Part shown: positions 9,794 through 21,858 of the stretch, in pieces
How positions within the stretch are numbered: position 1 is the stretch's first letter
Layout: each line of letters starts with the position of its first letter
Assembly: GCA_964574995.1 (NCBI GenBank)
Contig: CAZNPF010000007.1
Span: 3,689-67,688 of the forward strand
Length of the DNA: 64,000 nucleotides
DNA from: an uncultured Pseudomonadales bacterium
GTDB taxonomy: Bacteria > Pseudomonadota > Gammaproteobacteria > Pseudomonadales > JADFDG01
Reading direction: 5' to 3'
The notes under the pieces: model-generated
The model's database searches: none
What the model was told of the DNA's origin: nothing
What the model saw: the letters and a program-made list of their open reading frames with translations, nothing else
Made by a program: the position numbers and the translations under genes

Positions 9794-11163
9794 TGCGTGT
9801 TTCGTCTCGCCATTTTTTGTGGCGCACGTTTTCACTGCGCGTCGCTACACGGCCACGGGTGCTGCTGCCTCTGCTGCTGTCGCTGTTAGTGGCCGGCTGC
9901 GCCAGCCCCGGTCGTGAAAGCGCCGAACTGCGTCATGAAACCGCCGAGCGTTTGGCCGTCACCTTGCCGGCACATGCTGACGACGCAGCGGAAATTCGCG
10001 CGCGTGTCGACGAATTACTCGCCAATGAACTCGGCCGCGAACAAGCCGTGATCATCGCGCTGCTCGATAGCCCCTCCCTCGCCCGCCGTTACGCGCAGTT
10101 GGAAGTATCCGCCGCCGAACGCGTACGCGCCGCACGGCCCCCTAATCCGTCGTTGTCATTCGCACGGTTAAAACGCGGCAACGAAACCGAAACCGAGCGT
10201 GGGATCTCAATCGATCTGATCGGGCTGTTGGCCTGGCCACTCGAGCGTAGCGCCGCGAACCGTCAATTCACTGCGCAGCGTCAAGCCAGCTTGCGTGAAG
10301 CGCTGCAACTGGCGCGCGAAGTACGTCACGCGTGGACGGAAGCCGTCGCCGCCAGCATGGAAGCCGATCACGCGCAGCGCGTGTTGGCGTTAGTCGATAC
10401 GAACCGCGAATACGCACAGCGATTAGCCGCAGCGGGCAACACGCCCGCACTGGACGCCGACCGTGCCGAAAGCCAGCACGCGCAGGCAGAAAATGCGCGC
10501 ATGCAGGCGGAAGCAAACGCCGTCACCGCGCGGGAAAAACTTGCGCTGCTGTTGGGCGTTGCCGACAGCAGCCGGCTGCAGTTGCCCGTACATCTACCGG
10601 CGCTGCCGGAATCGCTGCCGTCCGCGCCCAGCTATGAACAGCAGGCCATCGATCAACGCATCGATGTACAAGCCGCGGTGCGACAGGCTGACGCCACCGC
10701 CAAGGCCTACAAACTGCAGCGCGTCACGCGTTTTGTGAACGTGTTGGATGTGGGCTATCAATCCAATTTATCCAACCAGCAAGCGACGCAAAGCGGTTTT
10801 GACGTGACGCTAGAACTGCCACTGTTTGATTTCGGCAGCGCCGCCAGTAACGAGGCGCGTGCGCGCTACGAGGAATCGCTGGCAGCGGTGCGCGAAGCGG
10901 CCACAAAGGCACGCAGCGAGACACGAGGCGCATGGGCCAGCACCAAAGCCGCTTGGGAAAATGCCGCGCGCTACCGCGACCGCGTGCTGCCGCTGCAGCA
11001 AAAAATCACCGAAGAAGTGCTGCTGCGATTCAACGGCATGTTGGTGGGCCCCGCCGAGGTGCTGGAACAAGCACAAGTGCAGGCAGACGCAGCACTGCAG
11101 GCGCAACAGGCGCTGCGGAATTTCTGGATCGCCGAGGCAGACCTCGCCTCGGTACTGCAATGA
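9793..11163 (+). CDS. TolC/outer-membrane-factor lipoprotein of a copper-resistance operon
   Basis: Lipobox LVAGC, PPNPSLSF and LELPLFDFG OMF motifs; TGATG coupling to MerR. Confidence 0.85.
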   Translation: MRVSSRHFLWRTFSLRVATRPRVLLPLLLSLLVAGCASPGRESAELRHETAERLAVTLPAHADDAAEIRARVDELLANELGREQAVIIALLDSPSLARRYAQLEVSAAERVRAARPPNPSLSFARLKRGNETETERGISIDLIGLLAWPLERSAANRQFTAQRQASLREALQLAREVRHAWTEAVAASMEADHAQRVLALVDTNREYAQRLAAAGNTPALDADRAESQHAQAENARMQAEANAVTAREKLALLLGVADSSRLQLPVHLPALPESLPSAPSYEQQAIDQRIDVQAAVRQADATAKAYKLQRVTRFVNVLDVGYQSNLSNQQATQSGFDVTLELPLFDFGSAASNEARARYEESLAAVREAATKARSETRGAWASTKAAWENAARYRDRVLPLQQKITEEVLLRFNGMLVGPAEVLEQAQVQADAALQAQQALRNFWIAEADLASVLQ

Positions 11164-11177
11164 CGGAGTCAAAAATC

Positions 11178-12600
11178 ATGACTGAACCTTCATCACCGTC
11201 ATCCGCAGACCGGCACAGCCGCTCGCACGGCCCTTCACACACTAACCGCAGTCGCCGTCAATTTCTCGGGGCTGCCGGCGCACTGGCGCTGGGTGCAGGT
11301 TTGGTGTCGCGAGCGGCAGCGGCGGCTATTCCGGAAGCAGCAGACGTGAGCGATGCGCGCACGCAAATCACGCCGCGTGATGGCCGCCCGTACAACCCGG
11401 TGGTCACACTCAACGGCTGGACATTGCCGCACCGCATGAAAAATGGCGTCAAAGAATTTCATCTGGTTGCTGAACCGGTGCGCCGCGAAATCGCGCCGGG
11501 CATGGTCGCCAATTTATGGGGTTACAACGGCCAGAGCCCGGGGCCGACAATCGAAGCGGTCGAAGGCGATCGCGTGCGTATTTTCGTCACCAATAAATTA
11601 CCCGAGCACACCGCCGTGCACTGGCACGGTTTGTTGCTACCCAACGGCATGGACGGCGTTGGCGGTTTGACGCAGCCGCAGATTCCCGTCGGTAAAACTT
11701 TTGTCTACGAATTCGTGCTGAAAAAATCCGGCACTTTTATGTATCACCCCCATGCCGACGAAATGGTGCAGATGGCGATGGGCATGATGGGTCTGTTCAT
11801 CGTGCATCCCAAAAACCCAAAGCTGATGCGCGTCGACCGCGATTACGCTTTTTTACTCAACGCGTTCGATATCGAGCCTGGTGCGGCCACGCCGCAGGTC
11901 AACACCATGACCGAATTCAATGTGTGGGCGTGGAACTCGCGGGTATTTCCCGGCATCGATCCGCTGGTGGCGCGCACCGGCGACAAAGTGCGCATTCGCG
12001 TCGGCAATCTCACCATGACCAATCACCCGATCCACCTGCACGGTCATGTGTTTGAAGTCACCGGCACCGACGGCGGCTGGGTACCCAAAAGCGCACGCTG
12101 GCCGGAGGTCACAACGGATATCGCCGTCGGCCAAATGCGCGCTGTCGAATTCATCGCCGACGCACCGGGCGACTGGGCATTCCACTGTCACAAGTCGCAT
12201 CACACCATGAACGCCATGGGGCATGGTGTGCCCAATTTGATTGGTGTCGAGCAACGCGACCTCGGCAAAAAAATGCGCGCGCTAATTCCGGGCTATCTCA
12301 TGCCGATGGGCAGCGACGGCATGGCAGAAATGGGCGAAATGCACATGCCATTGCCAGAAAATACTTTGCCGATGATGGCCGGCAGCGGCCCGTTCGGCCC
12401 GCTGGAAATGGGCGGCATGTTCAGCGTTCTCAAAGTGCGTAATGAGCAAAAACCCGGTGATTATTCTGACCCGGGCTGGTATCAACACCCGGCGGACAGC
12501 GTCGCCCAGGAATGGGATGGCGAAGCACCGGCACTTACCCGCGCCCCCAGTGCGCCGGCCAACGGGCATGAAGTCCAGGTCGTAAAACCCGGAGATCACG

Positions 12601-12614
<14 letters not shown>
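11178..12614 (+). CDS. Multicopper oxidase (Tat-exported)
   Basis: SRRQFL twin-arginine signal; [25 protein letters not shown] copper motifs; Met-rich tail; start at 11178. Confidence 0.93.
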
Positions 12615-14985
<2,371 letters not shown>

Positions 14986-15089
14986 GTACTAAAAGGGAAT
15001 CTCCCCGCATCTAAACGCAGGACCGGCTTGCGTACTGACTACACCGAGACACGAGATGAGCAAATCAGGAATTGCGCTCTAGCCGAAAC

Positions 15090-15527
15090 TCACGGTAGCA
15101 GCAGATTCCGGAATGGCTTGCGCGATTTCCAGCGATAGGTGCTGAAGTCGCGCTGATCGGTAGAAAGGATGTCGCCGCAACCTTGCGCTTCAGCGAGCAG
15201 AACCAGCGAGGCATCGGCGAGGTCCATCGGCAGCGCGCGGTATTTATGCATCAGCGCCTCGATATGCGCCACTTGCGGCATGTTGATATCGAACAGATCG
15301 AAATGTCCTTGGCGCCACTGCGCAATAAATGCCTGCTGCACGGCGGCACCACCGCGACGCAACAGAACGTGGCAAGTCTCGGTGAGCACCGGCCAAGTCG
15401 TGACCAGACGACGCTCTAGGGTTCCCAGCACATCCACGGCGCGCGCGTGGTGCGCGTCACCTCGATTGCACAGCGCAATCCAGAAACCGGTGTCAGCGAT
15501 GACCGGTAAGTTTGCGTTCGATGGCAT
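15090..15527 (-). CDS. vapC: PIN-domain toxin (VapC family), TA module 1
   Basis: VIADTGFW, VLTETCH, MDLADASLV, ILSTDQRDF acidic PIN residues; overlaps upstream small ORF. Confidence 0.9.
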   Translation of the reverse strand: MPSNANLPVIADTGFWIALCNRGDAHHARAVDVLGTLERRLVTTWPVLTETCHVLLRRGGAAVQQAFIAQWRQGHFDLFDINMPQVAHIEALMHKYRALPMDLADASLVLLAEAQGCGDILSTDQRDFSTYRWKSRKPFRNLLLP

Positions 15528-15756
15528 GGTCAAACTCGTCCTTATAGTTCGTCGAGATATCCGCCGGGCCATCAAACAGGCCGGACAGGGCCAGCAAGCG
15601 CCGGTTACCGTCGTTGGCTCGCGCCAATTGCTGCTCGTAATAGCAGGCCAGCGCGGCCGAAAGCACGTCGGTCATGTTCCGGCCGGTGATTTTCTGCAGA
15701 CTGAGGAGTTTCCCGCTACTGGCGTCATCCAACCGGGCGCTGATGCGAAGTCCCAT
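15493..15756 (-). CDS. Ribbon-helix-helix (CopG-like) antitoxin, TA module 1
   Basis: LRISARLDD beta strand plus helices; GLFDGPADISTNYK tail; GGAGG RBS before ATG 15756. Confidence 0.8.
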   Translation of the reverse strand: MGLRISARLDDASSGKLLSLQKITGRNMTDVLSAALACYYEQQLARANDGNRRLLALSGLFDGPADISTNYKDEFDHAIERKLTGHR

Positions 15757-15792
15757 GGGCAACCTCCGTGGGGTTGCAGTGTCATTGGGCAC

Positions 15793-15822
15793 AGCATACG
15801 ACTGTCAGACAGCGTCAGACAA
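15793..15822 (-). promoter_or_regulatory. TA1 promoter with overlapping operator repeats
   Basis: TTGTCT-N18-TATGCT; GTCAGACA direct repeat (15804-15811, 15814-15821); CTGTC-A-GACAG dyad. Confidence 0.6.
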
Positions 15823-15936
15823 GATCAAAAAAGACATGAGACGACTCCGGTCATCGACGGGTGTCCATTCCATGACAGCATCCATCCAGAGCGGTAGCGG
15901 CAAATAACCCGCCGGCTTGTACGCCGCCAGCGAAAC

Positions 15937-15966
15937 AAAAAAGGCCGGCATAACGCCGGCCTTTTT
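15937..15966 (-). terminator. Rho-independent terminator after thiolase
   Basis: AAAAAGGCCGGC-ataac-GCCGGCCTTTTT. Confidence 0.85.
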
Positions 15967-15986
15967 ATTCATTCTCTTCGCAACGA

Positions 15987-17174
15987 TTACAAACAGCTCT
16001 CGATGATCGTCGCGTTGGCCGTCCCCAAGCCTTCGCAAATCGACAGCAAACCGTATTTACCTTTGCGACGGCGCAATTCATACGCCAGCGTGCCGATCAA
16101 TTTGGCACCAGTTGCGCCCAGCGGATGGCCCAGCGCTTGCGCGCCGCCGTTCACGTTCAGCTTGCTCACGTCTGCACCCAGCGCTTTCGCCCACGCCAGC
16201 GGCACTGAGCCAAACGCTTCGTTCACCTCGTAAATTTCCATGTCAGAAATTTTGAGGCCGGCTTGCTTCAGAATTTTCTGCGTCGCCGGAATCGGACCTT
16301 CCAACACCATGGTGGGGTCCGAACCGACTACGCTCATGGCGTGAATGCGCGCCAGCGGTTTCAGGCCAGCAGCCTTCATCGCTTTTTCGCTCATCATCAG
16401 CACTGCCGCCGAGCCATCACAGATTTGCGAGGCCGTACCGGCCGTAATCACGCCGCCCGGCACCAGCGGTTGCAGCGCGGCGGTGGCTTCCAGCGTGGCA
16501 TTGAAACGCAAGCCTTCGTCCATTTCATGACGGACGATTTTTTTCACGCCGTCCAGCTCCAGTTCGACATCGAACTTGACCAACTCCTCATTGAAACGGC
16601 CTGCTTCATACGCGGCCTTGCCTTTCATGTGCGATTGCCAAGCAAAGTGATCCAACTCAGCGCGGCTAACGCCGTATTTCTTCGCCATTTTTTCGGCGCC
16701 GTCGAATTGGCTGAATTCGCAGCCCGGATAACGCTTGCGGATCTGCACGGAATCAAACGGGTTTCCCATGCCGGCTTTTTCTGCGACGTCTTTTGCCGAG
16801 AGGATCGGCACTTGGCTCATCACTTCGACGCCACCGGCGATGATCACGTCTTGAGTGCCGGACATGATCGCTTGCGCGGCAAAGTGCACCGATTGCTGTG
16901 AAGATCCGCACTGACGGTCGATCGACACACCCGGCACGGATTCCGGCAAACGCGACGCCAGAATCGACGTACGCGCAATATTGAACGTTTGCGGACCAAT
17001 CTGACTGACGCAACCGTAGATCACGTCATCCACGCTGGCCGGGTCGATTTTCGTACGCTCCAGCAGCGCATCGATCACCTTCGCACCCAGATCGGCCGGA
17101 TGGATTTTCGAAAGACGACCGTTACGGCGGCCACCCGGCGTGCGAACCGCGTCAACGATGTAGGCGTACGTCAT
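15987..17174 (-). CDS. Acetyl-CoA acyltransferase (thiolase)
   Basis: VDAVRTPGG, DRQCGSS, YEVNEAF, GHPLGATG, LSICEGLG; AAGGAG RBS. Confidence 0.95.
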   Translation of the reverse strand: MTYAYIVDAVRTPGGRRNGRLSKIHPADLGAKVIDALLERTKIDPASVDDVIYGCVSQIGPQTFNIARTSILASRLPESVPGVSIDRQCGSSQQSVHFAAQAIMSGTQDVIIAGGVEVMSQVPILSAKDVAEKAGMGNPFDSVQIRKRYPGCEFSQFDGAEKMAKKYGVSRAELDHFAWQSHMKGKAAYEAGRFNEELVKFDVELELDGVKKIVRHEMDEGLRFNATLEATAALQPLVPGGVITAGTASQICDGSAAVLMMSEKAMKAAGLKPLARIHAMSVVGSDPTMVLEGPIPATQKILKQAGLKISDMEIYEVNEAFGSVPLAWAKALGADVSKLNVNGGAQALGHPLGATGAKLIGTLAYELRRRKGKYGLLSICEGLGTANATIIESCL

Positions 17175-17216
17175 GACAAACACTCCTTTTGCTGAATCAC
17201 AAAATTAGTAAGACAT

Positions 17217-17343
17217 TGAGAAACGAAACGGGCGGATAGCCTGCAAGGCGGAGGCCGGCGAGCAATCGCAGCGTACTTTTACGTCCGCGAGGATTACATG
17301 CCGGCCGACAACGCCGCAGACCGCCACCCGGTGCGTTTCCTCA
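17217..17343. repeat. ~127-bp fold-back element with imperfect terminal inverted repeats (MITE-like)
   Basis: Ends TGAGAAACGAAACGGGCGG / revcomp TGAGGAAACGCACCGGGTGGCGG; nested arms CTGC/GCAG, GGCG/CGCC, GGCCGGC/GCCGGCC, AATC/GATT, CGTA/TACG; right end includes the upstream gene's stop codon; single copy in window. Confidence 0.45.
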
Positions 17344-18852
17344 CTCCTGCTTGATGCCGGCCAAGCGCTTGGCGTACCACTTCTTGCGCTCCACATCCAT
17401 TTGCCGCGCAATTTGAATACGTTGCGCTTGCGGTGAACCTGCGCCGTGCATGGATTCCGTCAAATAACCCACGGCATTGCGGCCCAGCGTCATATTTTCG
17501 ATCAAGCGCAACATGCGCACCCGCGTTTCGGTGGGAACGCTGCTCACCCCTTTCAGGTATTTTTCGAGAATCGGGCCGGTTTCGCCGTGCTTGAAATCTT
17601 GCTCGGACGGCAACGTCACCATGATGCCGCCGGCAATATCCTGCGCAAGACGCGCAATTTCATACGGGAAGCGCGTGACGTTGTGCTTGCAGACGTTGGC
17701 CAGCATCGCGTCGTTCATATAAATGCCAGAAGCCATTTTGGTGGCTGAATACGAGGAGGCAATCGATGACGAATAAATGGTTTCGTTGAGGTGCGTCATC
17801 TCCACCAATTTGTCTTTGATGTGCGAAACCTTTTCCACGCCGTTGTATTCGGCGACGGCAGCGGCCGCGCCAACCATCACGTCGCCCAAACCGGTTTTGC
17901 ACACATAAGACGCGCGGTGGTAGGCGGTGAAACGCGCCACCATTTCTTGCGCGAATTCGTATTCACCGTCCATGAACACGTGCTCATACGGAATAAATAC
18001 GTGATCGAACACGGTAAGCGTTTCCTGGCCGCCGTATTCGGCGTTGCCGACGTCGATGTTGCCGCCTTCTAGCGCACGCGTGTCGCAGCTCTGACGCCCA
18101 TAAATGTAGGTAATGCCTTCGGCATCAGCCGGCACGGCGCCCACCACGGCCCAGTCTTTGTCTTCTGCGCCGAGATTCATGGTCGGCATCACGAAGATCC
18201 AGTGCGAATTCAAGCCGCCGGTCATGTGCGCTTTGGCACCGGTGACGAAGATGCCTTTGTCATTGCGGCCAGTGATGTGCAAGAACAGATCCGGATCTGC
18301 CTGCTCGTGCGGGCGCTTGGAGCGATCCCCTTTCGGGTCGGTCATGCCAGCACCGATGATGATGTTGTTGGCTTGCGCTTTCTTCAGGAAGTCGATGAAA
18401 CGTGTGTGGTACGGCGTGCCATGTTTTTGATCGATGTCGTAGGTAATCGAATGCATCACGCTGATGGTGTCGAGGCCGGCGCAACGCTGAAAGCAGGTGC
18501 CAGTCAGTTGACCCATGCGGCGTTGCATCAAGTTTTTCTGCACCAGTTCTTGTGGCGATTCGACGATGTGCAGAAAACGGTTCACGCGCGCATTGATCAG
18601 CGGCGAATGGGCGGTGGCAAGTTCCGGATCTTCGATGGCGAGATCGTATGTTTGACGCAGCGCGTTCATCGATGGCCGAATCAGCGGGTTGTCGACCGGG
18701 TTCGGCTCTTCCTGACCAAACAAAAACAATTTCAGCGGCCGGCCACGCAACGAATTGAGATAGTCCTCACCGGTCTTGATCGGCTTGAAGCGCGACCAGC
18801 GCTCGGCGGCGGTTTCCAGTTTGCGGACGGGCAACGGTTGCTTGGCGTTCAT
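17341..18852 (-). CDS. 4-hydroxybutyryl-CoA dehydratase/vinylacetyl-CoA isomerase homolog (AbfD-like, HpaB superfamily; [4Fe-4S]+FAD)
   Basis: TCFQRCAGLD (two cluster Cys), YHRASYVCK (His/Cys ligands), MTDPKGDRS, ESMHGAGSPQAQR. Confidence 0.82.
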   Translation of the reverse strand: MNAKQPLPVRKLETAAERWSRFKPIKTGEDYLNSLRGRPLKLFLFGQEEPNPVDNPLIRPSMNALRQTYDLAIEDPELATAHSPLINARVNRFLHIVESPQELVQKNLMQRRMGQLTGTCFQRCAGLDTISVMHSITYDIDQKHGTPYHTRFIDFLKKAQANNIIIGAGMTDPKGDRSKRPHEQADPDLFLHITGRNDKGIFVTGAKAHMTGGLNSHWIFVMPTMNLGAEDKDWAVVGAVPADAEGITYIYGRQSCDTRALEGGNIDVGNAEYGGQETLTVFDHVFIPYEHVFMDGEYEFAQEMVARFTAYHRASYVCKTGLGDVMVGAAAAVAEYNGVEKVSHIKDKLVEMTHLNETIYSSSIASSYSATKMASGIYMNDAMLANVCKHNVTRFPYEIARLAQDIAGGIMVTLPSEQDFKHGETGPILEKYLKGVSSVPTETRVRMLRLIENMTLGRNAVGYLTESMHGAGSPQAQRIQIARQMDVERKKWYAKRLAGIKQE

Positions 18853-19035
18853 GGCAAAGCCCTCGGGTAGCACAGCAAGAAAATGGGGGCGTCACCTAGC
18901 GGGCGGGCCACCAAGTGACTGATAAGTCAGAGCGAGCATGCTAGTCGCTCGCCCCGGCCGGGCCAAGGATGAGCGGGCAGTAAACCCGGGGCCGAGATGA
19001 CTTACGTCAGCCCCAGCCCGGCCCGCAAAAAATCC

Positions 19036-20181
19036 TTACAACGCAGCGATCGCCCCGGCAGCAAGCAAGCGCTCCACGTCACCGGCGGCAAAGCCGTAAT
19101 CAGCCAGCACGGCGTGGGTGTCCGTGCCGACGCGGGTCATCGGTTTGACGGCATTGCTGTGGGTGGCCGTGCGCGAAAAACGCGGGGCCGGCGACGGATG
19201 CACCACCTTGCCCACTGTCTGGTATGCGCCGCGCGCCACCGCGTGTTCGTGCTGCGGCGCTTCATCGAGATCCAACACCGGTGCGAAACAAACATCGCTG
19301 CCTTCCATGATGTCGCACCACTCTTCGCGCGTTTTCGTTTTGAACACGCCAGCAATTTTTACTTTCAGTTCCGGCCAGCGGTTGATATCGAACTGATGAC
19401 CAAAATCCGCTTGCGACAAGCCAGCCAATTCCATCAGCAGCGCGTAGAACTGTGGTTCGATGGAACCAATCGAAATATATTTTCCGTCTTTCGTTTCATA
19501 GACGTCGTAAAAATGCGCGCCGGTATCCAGCAAATGCGTGCCGCGTTGATTGCCAAACAGGCCATTGGCTTTCAATCCGTAGAACATCGCCATCAGCGCC
19601 GACGCGCCGTCGACCATCGCCGCATCCACCACTTGGCCTTTGCCGCTCTTTTGCGCTTCCAGCAGCGCGCACACGATGCCAAAAGCCATCAACATACCAC
19701 CACCGCCAAAATCACCGACCAAATTAAGCGGCGGCATCGGTTTTTCACCACGACGACCAATGGCATGTAGCGCACCGGTGAGCGCGATGTAATTGATGTC
19801 GTGACCTGCTGCCAGCGCCATCGGCCCTTGTTGGCCCCAACCGGTCATGCGGCCATACACCAGCTTCGGATTTGCCGCCATGCACTGCTCGGGGCCCACG
19901 CCCAAGCGCTCGGCCACGCCGGGCCGATAGCCTTCAAAAATTGCGTCAGCTTTTTCGCAGAGTTTTAGTACCGTTTTTACGCCGTCCGGGTGCTTGAGAT
20001 TCACCGCGACCGCGCGACGGTTACGAAACAAAATGTCGTGGCCGCCTTCGCTCGACGGGTTGCCGCCGGGGCGATCGATGCGGATCACGTCGGCACCCAT
20101 ATCGCCCAGCATCATGCCGCAGAAGGGACCCGGGCCAATGCCCGAGAGTTCGATGATGCGGAATCCGGATAGCGGGCCCAT
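19036..20181 (-). CDS. CaiB/BaiF family protein, alpha-methylacyl-CoA racemase-like
   Basis: GIGPGPF, EGYRPGVAERLG, GHDINY and LNLVGDFGGG (racemase His/Asp pair); GGAGG RBS. Confidence 0.88.
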   Translation of the reverse strand: MGPLSGFRIIELSGIGPGPFCGMMLGDMGADVIRIDRPGGNPSSEGGHDILFRNRRAVAVNLKHPDGVKTVLKLCEKADAIFEGYRPGVAERLGVGPEQCMAANPKLVYGRMTGWGQQGPMALAAGHDINYIALTGALHAIGRRGEKPMPPLNLVGDFGGGGMLMAFGIVCALLEAQKSGKGQVVDAAMVDGASALMAMFYGLKANGLFGNQRGTHLLDTGAHFYDVYETKDGKYISIGSIEPQFYALLMELAGLSQADFGHQFDINRWPELKVKIAGVFKTKTREEWCDIMEGSDVCFAPVLDLDEAPQHEHAVARGAYQTVGKVVHPSPAPRFSRTATHSNAVKPMTRVGTDTHAVLADYGFAAGDVERLLAAGAIAAL

Positions 20182-20366
20182 GTATACCTCCACGATGCGA
20201 AATAACCGGCGCTATGCCGGCAACTGTGTCACGACTGAGAACCGAGGCACGCCGGTCATGACATGCGGATGACGGCGCGCAGCGAGGCCGTTACTGTAGT
20301 GCCCCTGACTGCCCGGCACTACTGCCTGCACGGGCGCCCACGCCTTCCCCAGCCCCGGTATCCGCC

Positions 20367-21071
20367 ATGAGCCAGCCCGCTATCACCCGCCAATCCACGC
20401 CCGCCGCCATCAGCTTGGAGCAGGCCATCCTCGAACGCCGCTCGGTGCGCGGCTTTCTGCCGGACCCGGTGCCGCAAGACGTGCTGGAAAAAGTGTTTAC
20501 GCTGGCGCAGCACGCGCCCAGCAATTGCAACATCCAGCCATGGTTTTCGTGGATTGCTTCCGGGGCCACACGTGATGAGATGCGCACACGCATGATGGAG
20601 CGCGTGACCAAGGGCGGAATGCCAACACCGGATTTCGATCACCTGCCAAATTTTCAAGGCGTATACCGCCAACGTCAGGTCGATTGTGCGGTAGAGCTGT
20701 ACAACCACATGGGCATCGCGCGCGACGACAAACTCGGCCGCATGAAAGCCACGCTGCGTAATTTCGAATTATTCGATGCGCCGCACGTCGTGTTCATCGG
20801 CATGCGTCGCGAATTCGGCGTCACGTTTGCGCTGGATGTCGGCATGTACATCCAAACCTTGATGCTCACCATGGCGGCACACGGAATCAGTTCCTGCGCA
20901 CAAGGCTCGATGCGTTACTACCCGGAAGACGTGCGCGAAGTCTTTGGCATCGATAAAGACATCGGCATCGTGCTGGGCATTTCCTTCGGCTACGAAGACA
21001 CCTCGGTCGCCGCCAATAAAACCCGCATCGGTCGCGCGCCGCTGAGCGAGAACGTCGTTTTCAAAAACTGA
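20367..21071 (+). CDS. Nitroreductase family flavoprotein
   Basis: RRSVRGF, APSNCNIQPW, FDAP, LDVGMYIQTLML, GISFGY. Confidence 0.9.
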   Translation: MSQPAITRQSTPAAISLEQAILERRSVRGFLPDPVPQDVLEKVFTLAQHAPSNCNIQPWFSWIASGATRDEMRTRMMERVTKGGMPTPDFDHLPNFQGVYRQRQVDCAVELYNHMGIARDDKLGRMKATLRNFELFDAPHVVFIGMRREFGVTFALDVGMYIQTLMLTMAAHGISSCAQGSMRYYPEDVREVFGIDKDIGIVLGISFGYEDTSVAANKTRIGRAPLSENVVFKN

Positions 21072-21177
21072 TGGCTCTTGTAGTGGGCGCTATTGCGCCG
21101 ACCGCCCCCACCCGGAATGGACGAAATCCGTACCACTCCTGCGTGGCGGGCTATTGCCCCTTCCTCGCCCTCAAGGC

Positions 21178-21199
21178 ACCATAATGGTTCCATTTTGGT
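21178..21199 (+). promoter_or_regulatory. Candidate antitoxin operator overlapping -10 (CATAAT), TA2
   Basis: Tandem 11-bp near-dyads ACCATAATGGT / TCCATTTTGGT 15 bp upstream of antitoxin ATG. Confidence 0.55.
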
Positions 21200-21214
21200 A
21201 TCTCGGAGTCATCC

Positions 21215-21460
21215 ATGGGCACGACCATCACCCTCAAGAACATCCCGGACGACATCTACGACAGCCTGAAGGCCTCCGCCGAGGCACACCATCGCAGCCT
21301 CAACAGCGAAGCGATTGCCTGCCTAGAGCGTGTGCTGATGCCTACCCGGATCAGCAACGAAGTCCACATGGCCCTAGCCGCCCAGATGCGCGACGAACTC
21401 AAGAGCAAGAAGTTCGACGTCGCTGAAATCAAGGCCGCCATCAGCGAAGGGCGACCATGA
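21215..21460 (+). CDS. FitA/Arc-like ribbon-helix-helix antitoxin, TA module 2
   Basis: TITLKNIPDDIYDSLKASAEAHHRSLNSE; ATGA overlap with toxin. Confidence 0.88.
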   Translation: MGTTITLKNIPDDIYDSLKASAEAHHRSLNSEAIACLERVLMPTRISNEVHMALAAQMRDELKSKKFDVAEIKAAISEGRP

Positions 21461-21858
21461 TCGTCGTCGACACCAACATCTTGGTGTATTTCTATCTGCC
21501 CACCGATCTAACCCCGCAAGTAGAAAAGTTGCGCGAATTACACCCGCGCTGGATCGCGCCTCGCTTGTGGAGAAGCGAGTTACGCAGCGTACTCACACTT
21601 TATATGCGCAAAGGGGCGCTCACACTTGAGCAAGCTTTACGACTCCAGTCGCACGCCGAAAATCTTATGGCTGATTGCGAGTTCGATCTGGCATCGCACG
21701 ATGTGTTAACGCTCGCAAAGGAAAGTCAGTGCTCCGCATACGACTGTGAATTTGTCGCCCTAGCAAAACATTTCAATGCGAAGCTAATTACCTCGGACAA
21801 GCAGGTGCTCAAGGCATTTCCGAACATTGCAATGACGACCGCGCAAGCACTGACCTGA
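21457..21858 (+). CDS. vapC: PIN-domain toxin (VapC/FitB family), TA module 2
   Basis: MIVVDTNIL, WRSE, SAYDCEFVALA, LITSDK. Confidence 0.9.
   Translation: MIVVDTNILVYFYLPTDLTPQVEKLRELHPRWIAPRLWRSELRSVLTLYMRKGALTLEQALRLQSHAENLMADCEFDLASHDVLTLAKESQCSAYDCEFVALAKHFNAKLITSDKQVLKAFPNIAMTTAQALT

Noticed and set aside
14986-15990. Search for attC or core sites around TA1 (and around TA2 at 21072-21933)
   Set aside because: No GTTRRRY / inverse-core pair or attC-like fold-back found; only TA3 shows these.
15863-21122. GGAATGGAC present about 100 nt upstream of both TA1 (15863-15871, minus) and TA2 (21114-21122, plus)
   Set aside because: Only a 9-mer, no flanking similarity, absent at TA3; consistent with chance.
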